64,000 bases of DNA from an uncultured Verrucomicrobiae bacterium. Its GTDB lineage: Bacteria; Verrucomicrobiota; Verrucomicrobiia; Chthoniobacterales; JAFAMB01. The stretch covers positions 800,001 to 864,000 of the forward strand of contig CAVXLD010000003.1 of the NCBI GenBank assembly GCA_963762565.1, given 5' to 3'. A program made the translations under genes and the position numbers. Positions 8,419 through 18,210 of the stretch are shown here, piece by piece. The notes beneath the pieces are model-generated. The model saw only the letters and a program-made list of their open reading frames with translations. It did not search any database and was not told the DNA's origin. Positions within the stretch are counted from its first letter, which is position 1, and every line of letters begins with the position of its first letter.

Positions 8419-9621
8419 TCACCAGGCCCTAAGGACTGATTCTATACACCGTCCCCAAACCGGCGGACCGCCTTCTTGTGTGGTCCCGTAAAGATTATTG
8501 TCGGAACCCACGACCAGCGGCCCGTTAGGAGTAATCCCGTCGTTCGACACGCTGCCATCCGCGAAGTTGTGCAAGACCGAATAGGAACTTCCGTCGGTCC
8601 GGAGTTCGTACACTGTTCCCCTGTTGGCGGTCCCTCCCGTGAGCGTCGTTCCATACAAATTTCCATTCGGACCCAACACGAGGCCGCTGGGCGCGGATCC
8701 GTCGGGCCCATTCCCAAATGAGTGGAGAGTCGTAACGACAAAACTCGTTGTCATTTTGAAGACGATACCGCTGCCGTATTGGCCGCCGTCGAAAGCTGTT
8801 CCATAGAAACTGCCATCTGCATCTTGGATCAAAGCGGCGTTTGGAGAAGTCAGGCTCGGGAATTGATAAATAAAGGCGACACTTCCTGCCGGGCTCGCCT
8901 GGAAGATCGTGCCGCCCAGGCCGGAATTGGAACTAAAAGCCGTCGTGCCATAGTAGTTGCCATCTTGCCCCAAAAGCAAACCCGCGGTTGGTGAATTCCC
9001 TCCCGTCGAACCGGAGAATAAGTATAAGAAAGTAAAGTCATGAGGCGCCTGTGGCTCCCGTCCGTAAATGCCACCGGCTCCTTCGGTGAGGGCGCCGTGA
9101 AGATCGCCATCGGAACCCACGATGAGCGCCCCTACCAGGTGATAAATGCGTCCGAAGGGGAATCCAGGCGAAACGGTGTCGCCCTCCAGCGAGGTTCGGA
9201 ATATACCCTTCGGGCAAACGTAGAAAAGTCCCCCTTTATAGAAAAGTAGGCTGTCTTTTGGGGCAGAGTCACTCTCCGGGTCGAAATGATGGATGATCGT
9301 TAGCTGGCCGCCTGAGCTCATTTGGAACACGGTGCCAGTGCGAGACTTCGTGACCGAAGCCTGCTTGGTAGTTGTCCCGTAGAAACTACCGTTAGGCGCC
9401 TGGATTAGTCCTCCAACAGGGACCGCTCCGTCATTCGGCACGGTTCCATCAGCAAAGCTATGCAAGATGGTTAGTTGCGCGTTGCTGAGGTGGATGGCAA
9501 CCCAACAAGTCAGCCCGAAAGCTGCGGCCAAAGTCAGATTATTTAACAAAATCCGCCGTGCGTGCCCACGAATCCGCGCATCCGACACGATCTCGCTGGA
9601 GCTGCAACAAGGCGTTTTCAT
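8419..9621 (-). CDS. Secreted GloVer-type tandem-repeat (beta-propeller) protein; probable 1-nt frameshift near C-terminus
   Basis: Repeated GxL..G.DG.LYGTT..GG....GTVF units and LHSF motifs; last repeat continues as AGLGTVYRISP* in another frame ending at 8429. Confidence 0.8.
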   Translation of the reverse strand: MKTPCCSSSEIVSDARIRGHARRILLNNLTLAAAFGLTCWVAIHLSNAQLTILHSFADGTVPNDGAVPVGGLIQAPNGSFYGTTTKQASVTKSRTGTVFQMSSGGQLTIIHHFDPESDSAPKDSLLFYKGGLFYVCPKGIFRTSLEGDTVSPGFPFGRIYHLVGALIVGSDGDLHGALTEGAGGIYGREPQAPHDFTFLYLFSGSTGGNSPTAGLLLGQDGNYYGTTAFSSNSGLGGTIFQASPAGSVAFIYQFPSLTSPNAALIQDADGSFYGTAFDGGQYGSGIVFKMTTSFVVTTLHSFGNGPDGSAPSGLVLGPNGNLYGTTLTGGTANRGTVYELRTDGSSYSVLHNFADGSVSNDGITPNGPLVVGSDNNLYGTTQEGGPPVWGRCIESVLRAW

Positions 9622-9622
9622 T

Positions 9623-10966
9623 TCACTGTTGCCGCCCGGCCGGATTCGAGGACGAGGACGACGACGAGAACGAAGCGCCCATCTCCTCTGCGGGTCCCGT
9701 TGTTCCACGCCGGCGGACTAGCACGGTTGCGATGAGACCGAGGACGGCGGCGGCCGACATCCAGAGACCAGGCGTTGCCTGGTTCCCGGTCGCTTTAATG
9801 AGAGACTCACAGATGGCCGGGGTAAAACCACCGAATAAGGCCGTCGCCAAACTATAAGCTAAAGAGAAACCGGCAGTGCGTACCTCTTCCGGCATGATCT
9901 CGGTCAAAGTAACCACCATGGCCCCGTTGTAGCTGGCGTATAGAAACGAAAGCCACAGTTCAACGATTAGAAGGCGGGTGAAGGATGGCTCAGCTATTAA
10001 CCAGAGCATGGCTGGATAGGCGGTTAGCAACGTCACTATCGTGGCGCCCGCCAAAATCGGGATCCGGCCGATCCGGTCCGACAGAGCTCCCATAATCGGC
10101 AACAAGATAAAATTTGAGAGGCCGACGCACAGGGTGACCGTGAGGTACGCCGTGGGGGCAAGGTGCAACTCGTGTTTACCGAACGTGGGTGTGTAGGCGG
10201 TGATCAGGTAGAAGGACACCGTGGTCATTGTGACCAGCATCACGCCGATTAGAACAATGCCCCAATTCCGCACCAGCGTTTTCCAGATCTCGCCCGCACT
10301 AGGACGATGTTTGCGAGCTCGGAATGCTTCGGTTTCGGGCAAAAACCGCCGGAGGACAAAAAGGACAGGGATGATCAGACACCCAATCATAAAAGGAATA
10401 CGCCAACCCCATTGATCCAGCGCCTCAGCTGGTAACAACGCTCCTAAGATGACGCCCAGAAGGGCGGTGAACATCACGGCGGCTTGTTGGCTAGCCGATT
10501 GCCAGCTCACATAAAATCCTTTATGTCCGGGAGTCGCCAGCTCCGCTAAGTAAACCGAAACACCGCCAAGTTCGACCCCCGCGGAAAAGCCTTGCAATAA
10601 CCGGCTACACAAGATCAACAAAGGTGCGGCCAGGCCGATCACGGCAAACCCGGGCAGGAAAGCTAAACCAAACGTTCCGACCGACATCAGCGCCAGAGTC
10701 AAAATAAGACCGGCGCGCCGGCCGTGGCGATCGATGTATGCTCCCAAAACGATGGCGCCGATCGGCCTCATCAGAAAACCGGCGCCGAACGTCATCAGTG
10801 ACAACATCAACGAAGCAAAATGGTCGCCGCTCGGAAAGAATGCTTCTCCAATGGAGCCGGCGAAATAGCCGAACACCATGAAGTCGTACATCTCCAAGAA
10901 GTTCCCACTCGAAACTTGGATGACGTTGAGAATCTGAGATTTTCGGGACGGGGCGGGGGAGGACAT
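9623..10966 (-). CDS. MFS metabolite:H+ symporter, CitA/TcuC (citrate/tricarballylate)-like
   Basis: SGNFLEMYDF, FLMRPIGA, DRHGRR, RLLQGFSAGVELGG, GWRIPF motifs. Confidence 0.9.
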   Translation of the reverse strand: MSSPAPSRKSQILNVIQVSSGNFLEMYDFMVFGYFAGSIGEAFFPSGDHFASLMLSLMTFGAGFLMRPIGAIVLGAYIDRHGRRAGLILTLALMSVGTFGLAFLPGFAVIGLAAPLLILCSRLLQGFSAGVELGGVSVYLAELATPGHKGFYVSWQSASQQAAVMFTALLGVILGALLPAEALDQWGWRIPFMIGCLIIPVLFVLRRFLPETEAFRARKHRPSAGEIWKTLVRNWGIVLIGVMLVTMTTVSFYLITAYTPTFGKHELHLAPTAYLTVTLCVGLSNFILLPIMGALSDRIGRIPILAGATIVTLLTAYPAMLWLIAEPSFTRLLIVELWLSFLYASYNGAMVVTLTEIMPEEVRTAGFSLAYSLATALFGGFTPAICESLIKATGNQATPGLWMSAAAVLGLIATVLVRRRGTTGPAEEMGASFSSSSSSSNPAGRQQ

Positions 10967-11014
10967 CGCTGCGCGAATTCTAAATAGCAAATAGCAGATA
11001 GCAAATTGAGGCAA

Positions 11015-11387
11015 GGGCGAAACCGCGAAACGGCGAATGGGCGCACCGGCGAATGGGCGAAGGGGCGAAAGGGCGATACAGCGAGGAGTCGAGCTAGCAT
11101 TGGTGGGGCGAGGCTCCCGAAAGGCCTCACCGGGTTTTGTGGAACGATTGGTATTCGAGTGACAAAGGAAGGTCGTACACCCTATGCGCGCCGAGCCGTA
11201 CCCAGCGCTGGACTACGGCTCGGCGCGCTTACTGGCCTGGCCCATCCGAGTCAACTGGTATCCGTTCATTTTCCCTGGTTGAATGTTGCGGCCTCCCGGG
11301 AGCCTCGCCCCACCAATATCGGGGCCGGCCTATCATCCCATTCGCCCTTTCGCCGGTGCGCCCATTCGCCGTTTCGCCTATTTCGCG
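11015..11387. repeat. Nested palindromic element: GGCGAAnn tandem arms [B[C..C']B']
   Basis: Octamer arms 11015-11077 / 11337-11387; B 11101-11117 / 11299-11315; C 11190-11198 / 11216-11224. Confidence 0.9.
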
Positions 11388-11434
11388 GCGCTTGATCGCC
11401 GCGACATCATCCCTTTAATTGACCGCTTTGCGAC

Positions 11435-12661
11435 ATGGAGACCGAAACAGGGAGCAGTCAGGCAAGTGCGGCCTTACCTAGAACCGAGAATAAAACGATT
11501 TTCGCGATTCTCGTTGCCGCTAGCTTTTCGCATCTGCTTAACGACACGATCCAATCACTTATCCCTGCTATTTATCCTGTTCTGAAGGACACCTTTGATC
11601 TGAATTTCGCTCAGATCGGTCTGATCACTCTTACGTTTCAGATCACTGCCTCCATGCTGCAGCCGGTCGTGGGTCTGTACACAGATCATCGGCCGCAGCC
11701 ATTCTCGCTCACGATTGGAATGGGGTTCAGTCTAATCGGCCTGATTTGTCTCTCCGCGGCCAGCAGTTATTGGATGATTCTTGGAGCGGCTGCCTTGGTA
11801 GGACTAGGCTCATCCGTATTTCATCCCGAAGCGTCGCGCCTTGCCCGAATGGCCTCCGGCGGTCGTTACGGTCTCGCTCAGTCCTTGTTTCAAGTTGGGG
11901 GTAACACTGGGTCATCACTGGGCCCGCTTTTGGCCGCTGTGGTCGTAGGTATCCGAGGTCAAGGTAAGATTGCCTGGTTTTCGGTGCTTGCGCTTCTTGC
12001 CATCTTCATTTTGTTCAATGCCGGGCGCTGGTATCAAAGCAACCTTCTCCGTCTTAAAAGCGTGAGCCGGCGACTGGCTGACGGCGTGCATCTGTCTCGC
12101 CTAACCATCCTTTCCTCGCTGGCCATCTTGGTAGCACTGATTTTCTCCAAGTTTTTTTATCTGGCCAGTATCACCAGCTATTACACGTTCTATTTGATCG
12201 ATCGTTTCCATCTCACGATCCAGCAGGCCCAATTGATGTTGTTCCTATTTACATTTTCGGTCGCTGCTGGAACGATCGTCGGCGGTCCGGTTGGAGACCG
12301 TATCGGACGAAAATGGGTGATCTGGGTGTCGATTCTGGGGGTAGCCCCGTTTACCTTGCTGTTGCCCCGTGCCAACTTACCGATGACCGCGGTTCTCAGC
12401 GTCATCATCGGCTTTATCCTTTCGTCAGCCTTTTCTGCGATTCTGGTCTATGCTCAAGAATTGATGCCGGGAAAAGTGGGCCTGGTTTCCGGTCTCTTCT
12501 TCGGTTTCGCTTTCGGACTGGGCGGAATCGGATCGGCGGTGCTCGGCCAGCTCATCGATCTCACCAACATTCGATTCGTATTCCAGCTCTGCGCTTTCTT
12601 GCCTCTGATAGGACTGTTGACCGTTTTCTTGCCGAATATTGAGCGAAAGCGCCCGGCTTAG
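11435..12661 (+). CDS. fsr: MFS transporter, Fsr (fosmidomycin resistance) family
   Basis: SHLLND, LQPVVG, GSSVFHPEASR, AQSLFQVGGN, VYAQELMPG motifs. Confidence 0.85.
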   Translation: METETGSSQASAALPRTENKTIFAILVAASFSHLLNDTIQSLIPAIYPVLKDTFDLNFAQIGLITLTFQITASMLQPVVGLYTDHRPQPFSLTIGMGFSLIGLICLSAASSYWMILGAAALVGLGSSVFHPEASRLARMASGGRYGLAQSLFQVGGNTGSSLGPLLAAVVVGIRGQGKIAWFSVLALLAIFILFNAGRWYQSNLLRLKSVSRRLADGVHLSRLTILSSLAILVALIFSKFFYLASITSYYTFYLIDRFHLTIQQAQLMLFLFTFSVAAGTIVGGPVGDRIGRKWVIWVSILGVAPFTLLLPRANLPMTAVLSVIIGFILSSAFSAILVYAQELMPGKVGLVSGLFFGFAFGLGGIGSAVLGQLIDLTNIRFVFQLCAFLPLIGLLTVFLPNIERKRPA

Positions 12662-13029
12662 CATCCAGTCGTTCTCTGGGTGTTATCAGCGGGGTCGTCG
12701 GAGCTCGCCAGGTCCGGAATAGGAGATCAACAAGGTGTCCGAACGACTTTGTCCGGAGAGAGGGCTCCATTGCTTCCTGATCCATATAGAAACCAGCACT
12801 GAATAAAATATTCAGACCTTCGATAACAGAGCGCACATTCTTACGATCATAATGCTCGCTTTGCCGTCCCGGAAGAACTAGGTTTCTGGTTTGGCTTATC
12901 GTCCCTTTGTATCAGGGAATCGGGTGCCAATTTCATAGGCGGCAGCCTGCCCTGCTCCCCGTTTCAGTAGCAAAAGGATTTCTGTTCTTCTGTCCTGGCT
13001 GAATTCGAATCGATGCCACTTCCGACTGT

Positions 13030-16000
13030 ATGAGAGAGATCACTTCAGGTAGTACCACGAGAACGATCGATGTCTTGGTTGTTGCCGCCTCGGATGTACA
13101 AACAGAAAGTGCCATCACCGAACAAGTGCTTCGTTCGGTCGCCGCGGAGTTCGCTCTCCCGGTCCGCGTCTCTTACTCCAATCCATTCCGGGGGTCCAAG
13201 GAGGACGCTGCCGTCGGACCTGCAGATCTTCAGGATGAATCAACTCCGGTCGTTCTGCCTCTCTTTTGGGACGATCCGACGTCAGCAAGAGATGAGTTGG
13301 CGGAACCGGATCTAACCCAATATGACCTCATCATTTGGCTAGTGTGGTCGAGATTTTCATCCGTCCCGGTCGAGAAACAAATCTTGCCGAACGGCAGTCG
13401 CGCTGGGTTCGCAACGAATGGCGAAATCGATCCCGTCCTGGGTCAGGCGCACCGAATTTTTGACCCCAAGAAGTTACGCGTTTACCGAAATCGTGCGACT
13501 CCCGATTCGCTGCTCGAACCGAAAGAAGCACGAGAAGAGATGTGCCGGCAGTGGGACACGGTACAGGATTTCTTCGCCAGATGGGAGAATGAGGACGAAA
13601 TACAGTTTCGCGAGCGGTGCTATGGATTTCTAGGCTTGGAGGAATTCGCGAATTCGTTCCGACAGCATTTTCGCAATTTTCTGGTCCAGCGGTTAGACGA
13701 CGGAGTTGCCCCGAATAAACCGCCATTGCAAAACCGGCTTCGGCGCTCGAACCCTTTTCGAGGGCTGGACTTTTTTGATTTCGAACACGCTTCCTTTTAC
13801 TACGGGAGAACAAAAGCCATCGGGGAAGTGCTCGCTGCTTTAAAGAAGCAGGCGAAGGCAAAAAAATCTTTCGTGCTGGTGCTTGGTCCCAGCGGTTCGG
13901 GAAAGAGTTCCTTACTTCGGGCGGGCGTTCTTCCCCTGTTGACTCAGGGAGGTACTCCCGTAGGCCACGGCCCGTGGCGCCGGCTGATCATCCGGCCTGG
14001 CATAGGGGATCCTATCGATACACTGACCGCTGCTCTATCAGCGAAATTTGCTCTTCCAGAGCTTCCTGATCCCGCGGCGCCAGACGATTCGTTGAGTCTG
14101 GCGTCCCGATTGAGAAAAGACCCGGAAAAAGCGGCTTCTCGGATAGCAGAGGTGTTGGGAAAGTCGAAGCTGCGGCTGGCGCTCGTTGTGGATCAACTGG
14201 AGGATTTGTTCATCGGGGTTTCGCCGGTGCTGCAGCAGAAATTTATCGCCGCGCTGTCGGCGTTAGCTCATTCTGAGGGAGTCTATGTTATCGCTGCATT
14301 GCGCACCGAATTTTACGCGCATTACCAGCGGTTCCCTGAATTGGCAAACCTGACTTCCGGTGGCGGAATGTATGAACTTCCAATGCCGGCAGAGCACGAG
14401 ATCGCCAACCTGATCCGGTTGCCCGCAGAGGCTGCAGGTCTGCATTTCGAACGGGACTCTAAAACAGGTCGGGGCGTGGACGAGTCCTTGCTCAATGGAG
14501 CGTTGAACAGCGCCGATCGGCTACCTTTGCTGGAGTACGTACTTTCAAGATTATACGATAAACAGCTCGAACGAAAAGACGGGGTGGTGCTTTGGTCTGA
14601 TTATACGCAATTGGGCGAATTCAAGAATGCGTTAGCGCAACATGGAGAGTTCGTCTACTTAACGTTGAATCCCGATGAACGGCAGGTTTTTAAGCTCCTG
14701 ATTCGCCAATTGCTGGCGCCTGGCGCCGCCAAGGAAAACGTCTTACGTCGGCGGCCGGTTCCCTACCACGATCTCGTTTCATCGCCCCAGTTTAATGATC
14801 GCCAGAGCGCTGCGGCCAGAGCGGTAATTGATCGTCTGACTAACGAGGGACTGTTGAACGCCGATACTGATTCAAAACACTGCCGATTAATCAGTCTCCC
14901 CCAGGACGCGTTGCTTAAAAGCTGGCCAAGGCTATCGCGGTTGTTGTCTGAAGACCAACAGTTTTTTAGGATGCGCGATCGGCTGGATGAAAGCCTAAGG
15001 CTTTGGCTCAGTCGAGGGAAGCACGGTCATCACTTGCTCTACGACCGAGTCGCCTTGGCCGAAGCGGCGACATTGGTCAGAGATTTCGGCGCGGAACTAA
15101 GCAAAAATCAGTTAGACTACATTCGTAGGAGCCTCGCCAAGCAAAAGCGACACGGTGGGACGCGAATTTATCTCGGGCTGGCAGCGCTGGTCGTTTTTGG
15201 CCTTTTTGCGGCAATCCTGGCTGCCCAACGATTCAACTCGGCCAATCCCGGCAATCAAGCCAAGCTAGAAGTCCAAGCGGCTCAACCGAATAAGCATCTT
15301 GGTAGCGAAGACACGACCGCACTGGAAGCACGGCTAAAGGAGGCAGAAGAGAAGGTACAATTGGCCCAACAGAATGCGGAACTCGCCAATCAAGAGCGCG
15401 CTGCTTTGGAAACGGAACTGAAGACGGCAGGGGACCAGTTGAAGCAACTGCAAGACGCCGAGTTGAGTGATAGCAACGGGAAGGCACTGCAAGCTCAACT
15501 GAAGGAAACAGAGGAAAAGCTGAAGCAGGCCCACGCAAATTTTGAAGATACATCCAGTCAGCTTACCGCCTTACAGGTCCAACTGAAGCAGGAGCAAGAC
15601 AAAGAGCAAAAAGCCCAAGCAAATGCCGATTCGTTAACGAGTGAACGGAACGCCCTGCAAAACCAACTCAAGGCAACCCAGGGAAAGCTTGAGCAAGCCC
15701 AGACAAATTCGGGCGATACCGCCGGCCAGCTTAGCGCTTTGCAGGCACAACTGAAGCAAGAGCAAGACAAAGAGCAAAAAAACCAGGCTAATGCCGATTC
15801 GTTAACCAGTGAGCGGAACGCCTTGCAAAACCAACTCAAGGCGACCCAGGGAAAGCTTGAGCAAGCCCAGACAAATTCGGGCGATGCTGCCGGCCAGCTT
15901 AGCGCTTTGCAGGCACAACTGAAGCAAGAGCAAGACAAAGAACAAAAAGCCCAGGCAAATGCCGATTCGTTAACCAGTGAGCGGAACGCCTTGCAAAACC

Positions 16001-18099
16001 AACTCAAGGCGACCCAGGGAAAGCTTGAGCAAGCCCAGACAAATTCGGGCGATGCTGCCGGCCAGCTTAGCGCTTTGCAGGCACAACTGAAGCAAGAGCA
16101 AGACAAAGAACAAAAAGCACAGGCAAACGCTGATTCGTTAACTAGTGAACGGATCGCTTTGCAAAACCAACTCGAGGCAACCGAAGAAAAGGCGAAGCTA
16201 GCCCAGGCTGATTCGGGGGATGCAGCCGGCCAGCTTAGTGCTTTGCAGGCGCAACTGAAGCAGGAGCAAGACAAAGAGCTGAAAGCGTACGTAAACTTGA
16301 ATTCTTTGACGAGCGAGAGAGACGCTCTCCAAAATCAGCTGGACCAAGCCGAAGCCCGAGCTTTGCTCGCACAGCAGAACGCCGACCTTGTTAACAGCCG
16401 GCGGAGCGAGGTGGAGACCGAGCTCGAGCAGGCAAACGAGAAGTTGAAGCAAGCCCAGGCAAATTCTGGTGATGCAGCCAGCCAGCTTAGCGCCTCGCAG
16501 GCGGAACTGAAACAGGAACAAGTCAAGGAGCAAAAAGCCCAGGCAAACGCTAATTCGTTAACTAGTGAACGGAACGCCCTGCAAAACCAACTTAAGGCTA
16601 CCGAAGAAAAGCTGAAATTAGCCCATGCGAATTCGGGTGACGCAGCCGGCCAGCTTAGCGCTTTGCAGGCACAATTGAAGCAGGAGCAGGACAAAGAACA
16701 AAAAGCACAGGCAAACGCTGATTCGTTAACTAGTGAACGGATCGCTTTGCAAAACCAACTCGAGGCAACCGAAGAAAAGGCGAAGCTAGCCCAGGCTAAT
16801 TCGGGGGATGCAGCCGGCCAGCTTAGCGCTTTGCAGGCGCAATTGAAACAGGAGCAGGAGAAGGGAAAGAAAGCGCAGGCAAATGCGGATTCTTTGACAA
16901 GCGAGCGGAACGCCCTGCAAAGCCAACTTAAGCAAGCCGAAGCTAAAGCATCGTTAGCACAACAGAACGCTGATCTTTTTAGCAGGCAGCGCAACACGGT
17001 AGAGACCCAGCTTAAGGAGGCGCAAGAGAAGCTGACGCAAGCCCAGGATGATTCTGACGCTACGGCTAACCAGTTTAGCGCTTTACAGGCGCAACTAAAA
17101 CAGGAGCAGGACAAAGAGCAGAAAGCTCAGGCGAACGCCGATTCTTTGACGAGCGAGCGGACCGCCCTGCAAAGCCAACTCAGGCAAGCGGAAGCCAAAG
17201 CAGTGTTAGCACAACAGAGCGTTGACCTTGTTAACAGCCAGCGCAGCGCGCTTGAGACGCAGCTTAAAGAGGGAGAAGAGAAGTTCAAGCAAGCCCAGGT
17301 GAATTCTGGCGATACCTCTGGTGAGCTTAGCGCTTTGCGGGCGCAACTAAAACAAGAGCAGGACAAACTAAAACAAGAGCAGGACAAAGAGCAGAAAGCT
17401 CAGGCGAATTTGGATTCATTGACTAGCGAACGAAACGCCCTGCAAAGCCAGCTCAAGCAAGCGGAAACCAAGGCGCTGCTAGCGCAACAGAATGCCAATC
17501 TCGCAAACAGCCAGCGGAGTGCGCTGGAGGCCCAGTTCAAGGATGCCCAGGAGAGGCTGAAGCAGGCCAACGCGAGTTCTGGCGATACAGCTGGCCAGCT
17601 CAGGGCTTTGCAAGCTCGGCTGTACTCGTCGCAACAGGCCTCTCCGACGCTATCGCCGTCCACTAGCTCATCCGACACGGCAAATCCTCCAGAGTCGCCA
17701 TCCAGTCGAAATGGCGAAGCCTCCGGGAATGCGGAGCCGTTGAAAGAGTTTGTTCTGGGGTATCTGCGAACGGTGGCAAGCGATGATACATCAGTGCAGC
17801 GAGGATATTTTGCGGATCGGGTCAGTTTTTACGGAAGAGGCGTTCTTGATACAGCGAGTCTCGAGGCCTCCACGGAGGAGTACCATCGTGAGTGGCCCAT
17901 CCGAGAATGGACGCCTCGGGGAGAAGCTACCGTAGAGCGTTCTAGCCACCGAGGTCGATTTATTGTCCATCAACCGTTCCGCTGGGTAGTCTCTGACGGC
18001 TCCCGGCACGCCCAGGGGAACGCAACGCTCTACCTTCTGATCCAGCAAGATTCTCAGGGCGAGCTCAGGATCATGAACGTCCATCAACTCGACCGCTAA
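13030..18099 (+). CDS. nSTAND1-type NTPase with degenerate N-terminal DUF4062/TIR-like domain, TM helix, long 28-aa-repeat coiled coil and C-terminal NTF2-like domain
   Basis: NPFRGL..F...FYYGR, Walker A GPSGSGKSSLLRAG, Walker B VVDQLEDLF, LPLLEYVL..LY; hydrophobic IYLGLAALVVFGLFAAILAA; Q/A/E/K heptad repeats. Confidence 0.85.
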   Translation: MREITSGSTTRTIDVLVVAASDVQTESAITEQVLRSVAAEFALPVRVSYSNPFRGSKEDAAVGPADLQDESTPVVLPLFWDDPTSARDELAEPDLTQYDLIIWLVWSRFSSVPVEKQILPNGSRAGFATNGEIDPVLGQAHRIFDPKKLRVYRNRATPDSLLEPKEAREEMCRQWDTVQDFFARWENEDEIQFRERCYGFLGLEEFANSFRQHFRNFLVQRLDDGVAPNKPPLQNRLRRSNPFRGLDFFDFEHASFYYGRTKAIGEVLAALKKQAKAKKSFVLVLGPSGSGKSSLLRAGVLPLLTQGGTPVGHGPWRRLIIRPGIGDPIDTLTAALSAKFALPELPDPAAPDDSLSLASRLRKDPEKAASRIAEVLGKSKLRLALVVDQLEDLFIGVSPVLQQKFIAALSALAHSEGVYVIAALRTEFYAHYQRFPELANLTSGGGMYELPMPAEHEIANLIRLPAEAAGLHFERDSKTGRGVDESLLNGALNSADRLPLLEYVLSRLYDKQLERKDGVVLWSDYTQLGEFKNALAQHGEFVYLTLNPDERQVFKLLIRQLLAPGAAKENVLRRRPVPYHDLVSSPQFNDRQSAAARAVIDRLTNEGLLNADTDSKHCRLISLPQDALLKSWPRLSRLLSEDQQFFRMRDRLDESLRLWLSRGKHGHHLLYDRVALAEAATLVRDFGAELSKNQLDYIRRSLAKQKRHGGTRIYLGLAALVVFGLFAAILAAQRFNSANPGNQAKLEVQAAQPNKHLGSEDTTALEARLKEAEEKVQLAQQNAELANQERAALETELKTAGDQLKQLQDAELSDSNGKALQAQLKETEEKLKQAHANFEDTSSQLTALQVQLKQEQDKEQKAQANADSLTSERNALQNQLKATQGKLEQAQTNSGDTAGQLSALQAQLKQEQDKEQKNQANADSLTSERNALQNQLKATQGKLEQAQTNSGDAAGQLSALQAQLKQEQDKEQKAQANADSLTSERNALQNQLKATQGKLEQAQTNSGDAAGQLSALQAQLKQEQDKEQKAQANADSLTSERIALQNQLEATEEKAKLAQADSGDAAGQLSALQAQLKQEQDKELKAYVNLNSLTSERDALQNQLDQAEARALLAQQNADLVNSRRSEVETELEQANEKLKQAQANSGDAASQLSASQAELKQEQVKEQKAQANANSLTSERNALQNQLKATEEKLKLAHANSGDAAGQLSALQAQLKQEQDKEQKAQANADSLTSERIALQNQLEATEEKAKLAQANSGDAAGQLSALQAQLKQEQEKGKKAQANADSLTSERNALQSQLKQAEAKASLAQQNADLFSRQRNTVETQLKEAQEKLTQAQDDSDATANQFSALQAQLKQEQDKEQKAQANADSLTSERTALQSQLRQAEAKAVLAQQSVDLVNSQRSALETQLKEGEEKFKQAQVNSGDTSGELSALRAQLKQEQDKLKQEQDKEQKAQANLDSLTSERNALQSQLKQAETKALLAQQNANLANSQRSALEAQFKDAQERLKQANASSGDTAGQLRALQARLYSSQQASPTLSPSTSSSDTANPPESPSSRNGEASGNAEPLKEFVLGYLRTVASDDTSVQRGYFADRVSFYGRGVLDTASLEASTEEYHREWPIREWTPRGEATVERSSHRGRFIVHQPFRWVVSDGSRHAQGNATLYLLIQQDSQGELRIMNVHQLDR
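15310..17625 (+). repeat. Intragenic tandem repeat, 84-bp (28-aa) units often paired as 168-bp units
   Basis: Near-identical 168-bp copies at about 15706-16210 encoding NSGDAAGQLSALQAQLKQEQDKEQKAQA / NADSLTSERNALQNQLKATQGKLEQAQT. Confidence 0.95.
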
Positions 18100-18144
18100 C
18101 CGATTTGCCGCTAAGGCCCCCAAGAAAGGGAAAAGGGAAAAGAG

Positions 18145-18180
18145 AAAAAAGGCGGCCCGAAAGGGCCGCCTTAATTTTTT
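18145..18180. terminator. Bidirectional intrinsic terminator
   Basis: AAAAAA-GGCGGCCC-gaaa-GGGCCGCC-TTAATTTTTT between two convergent genes. Confidence 0.85.
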
Positions 18181-18210
18181 GATTCGAACACGCTTAGGGA
18201 TGCTAGCCGC

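Noticed and set aside
12561..12836. 91-aa minus-strand ORF after fsr
   Set aside because: Overlaps fsr and has no recognisable motif; cannot be supported
15233..17678. Cys/Ser-rich minus-strand ORFs (e.g. 15558-16274, 16335-17114)
   Set aside because: Antisense shadows of the coiled-coil repeat
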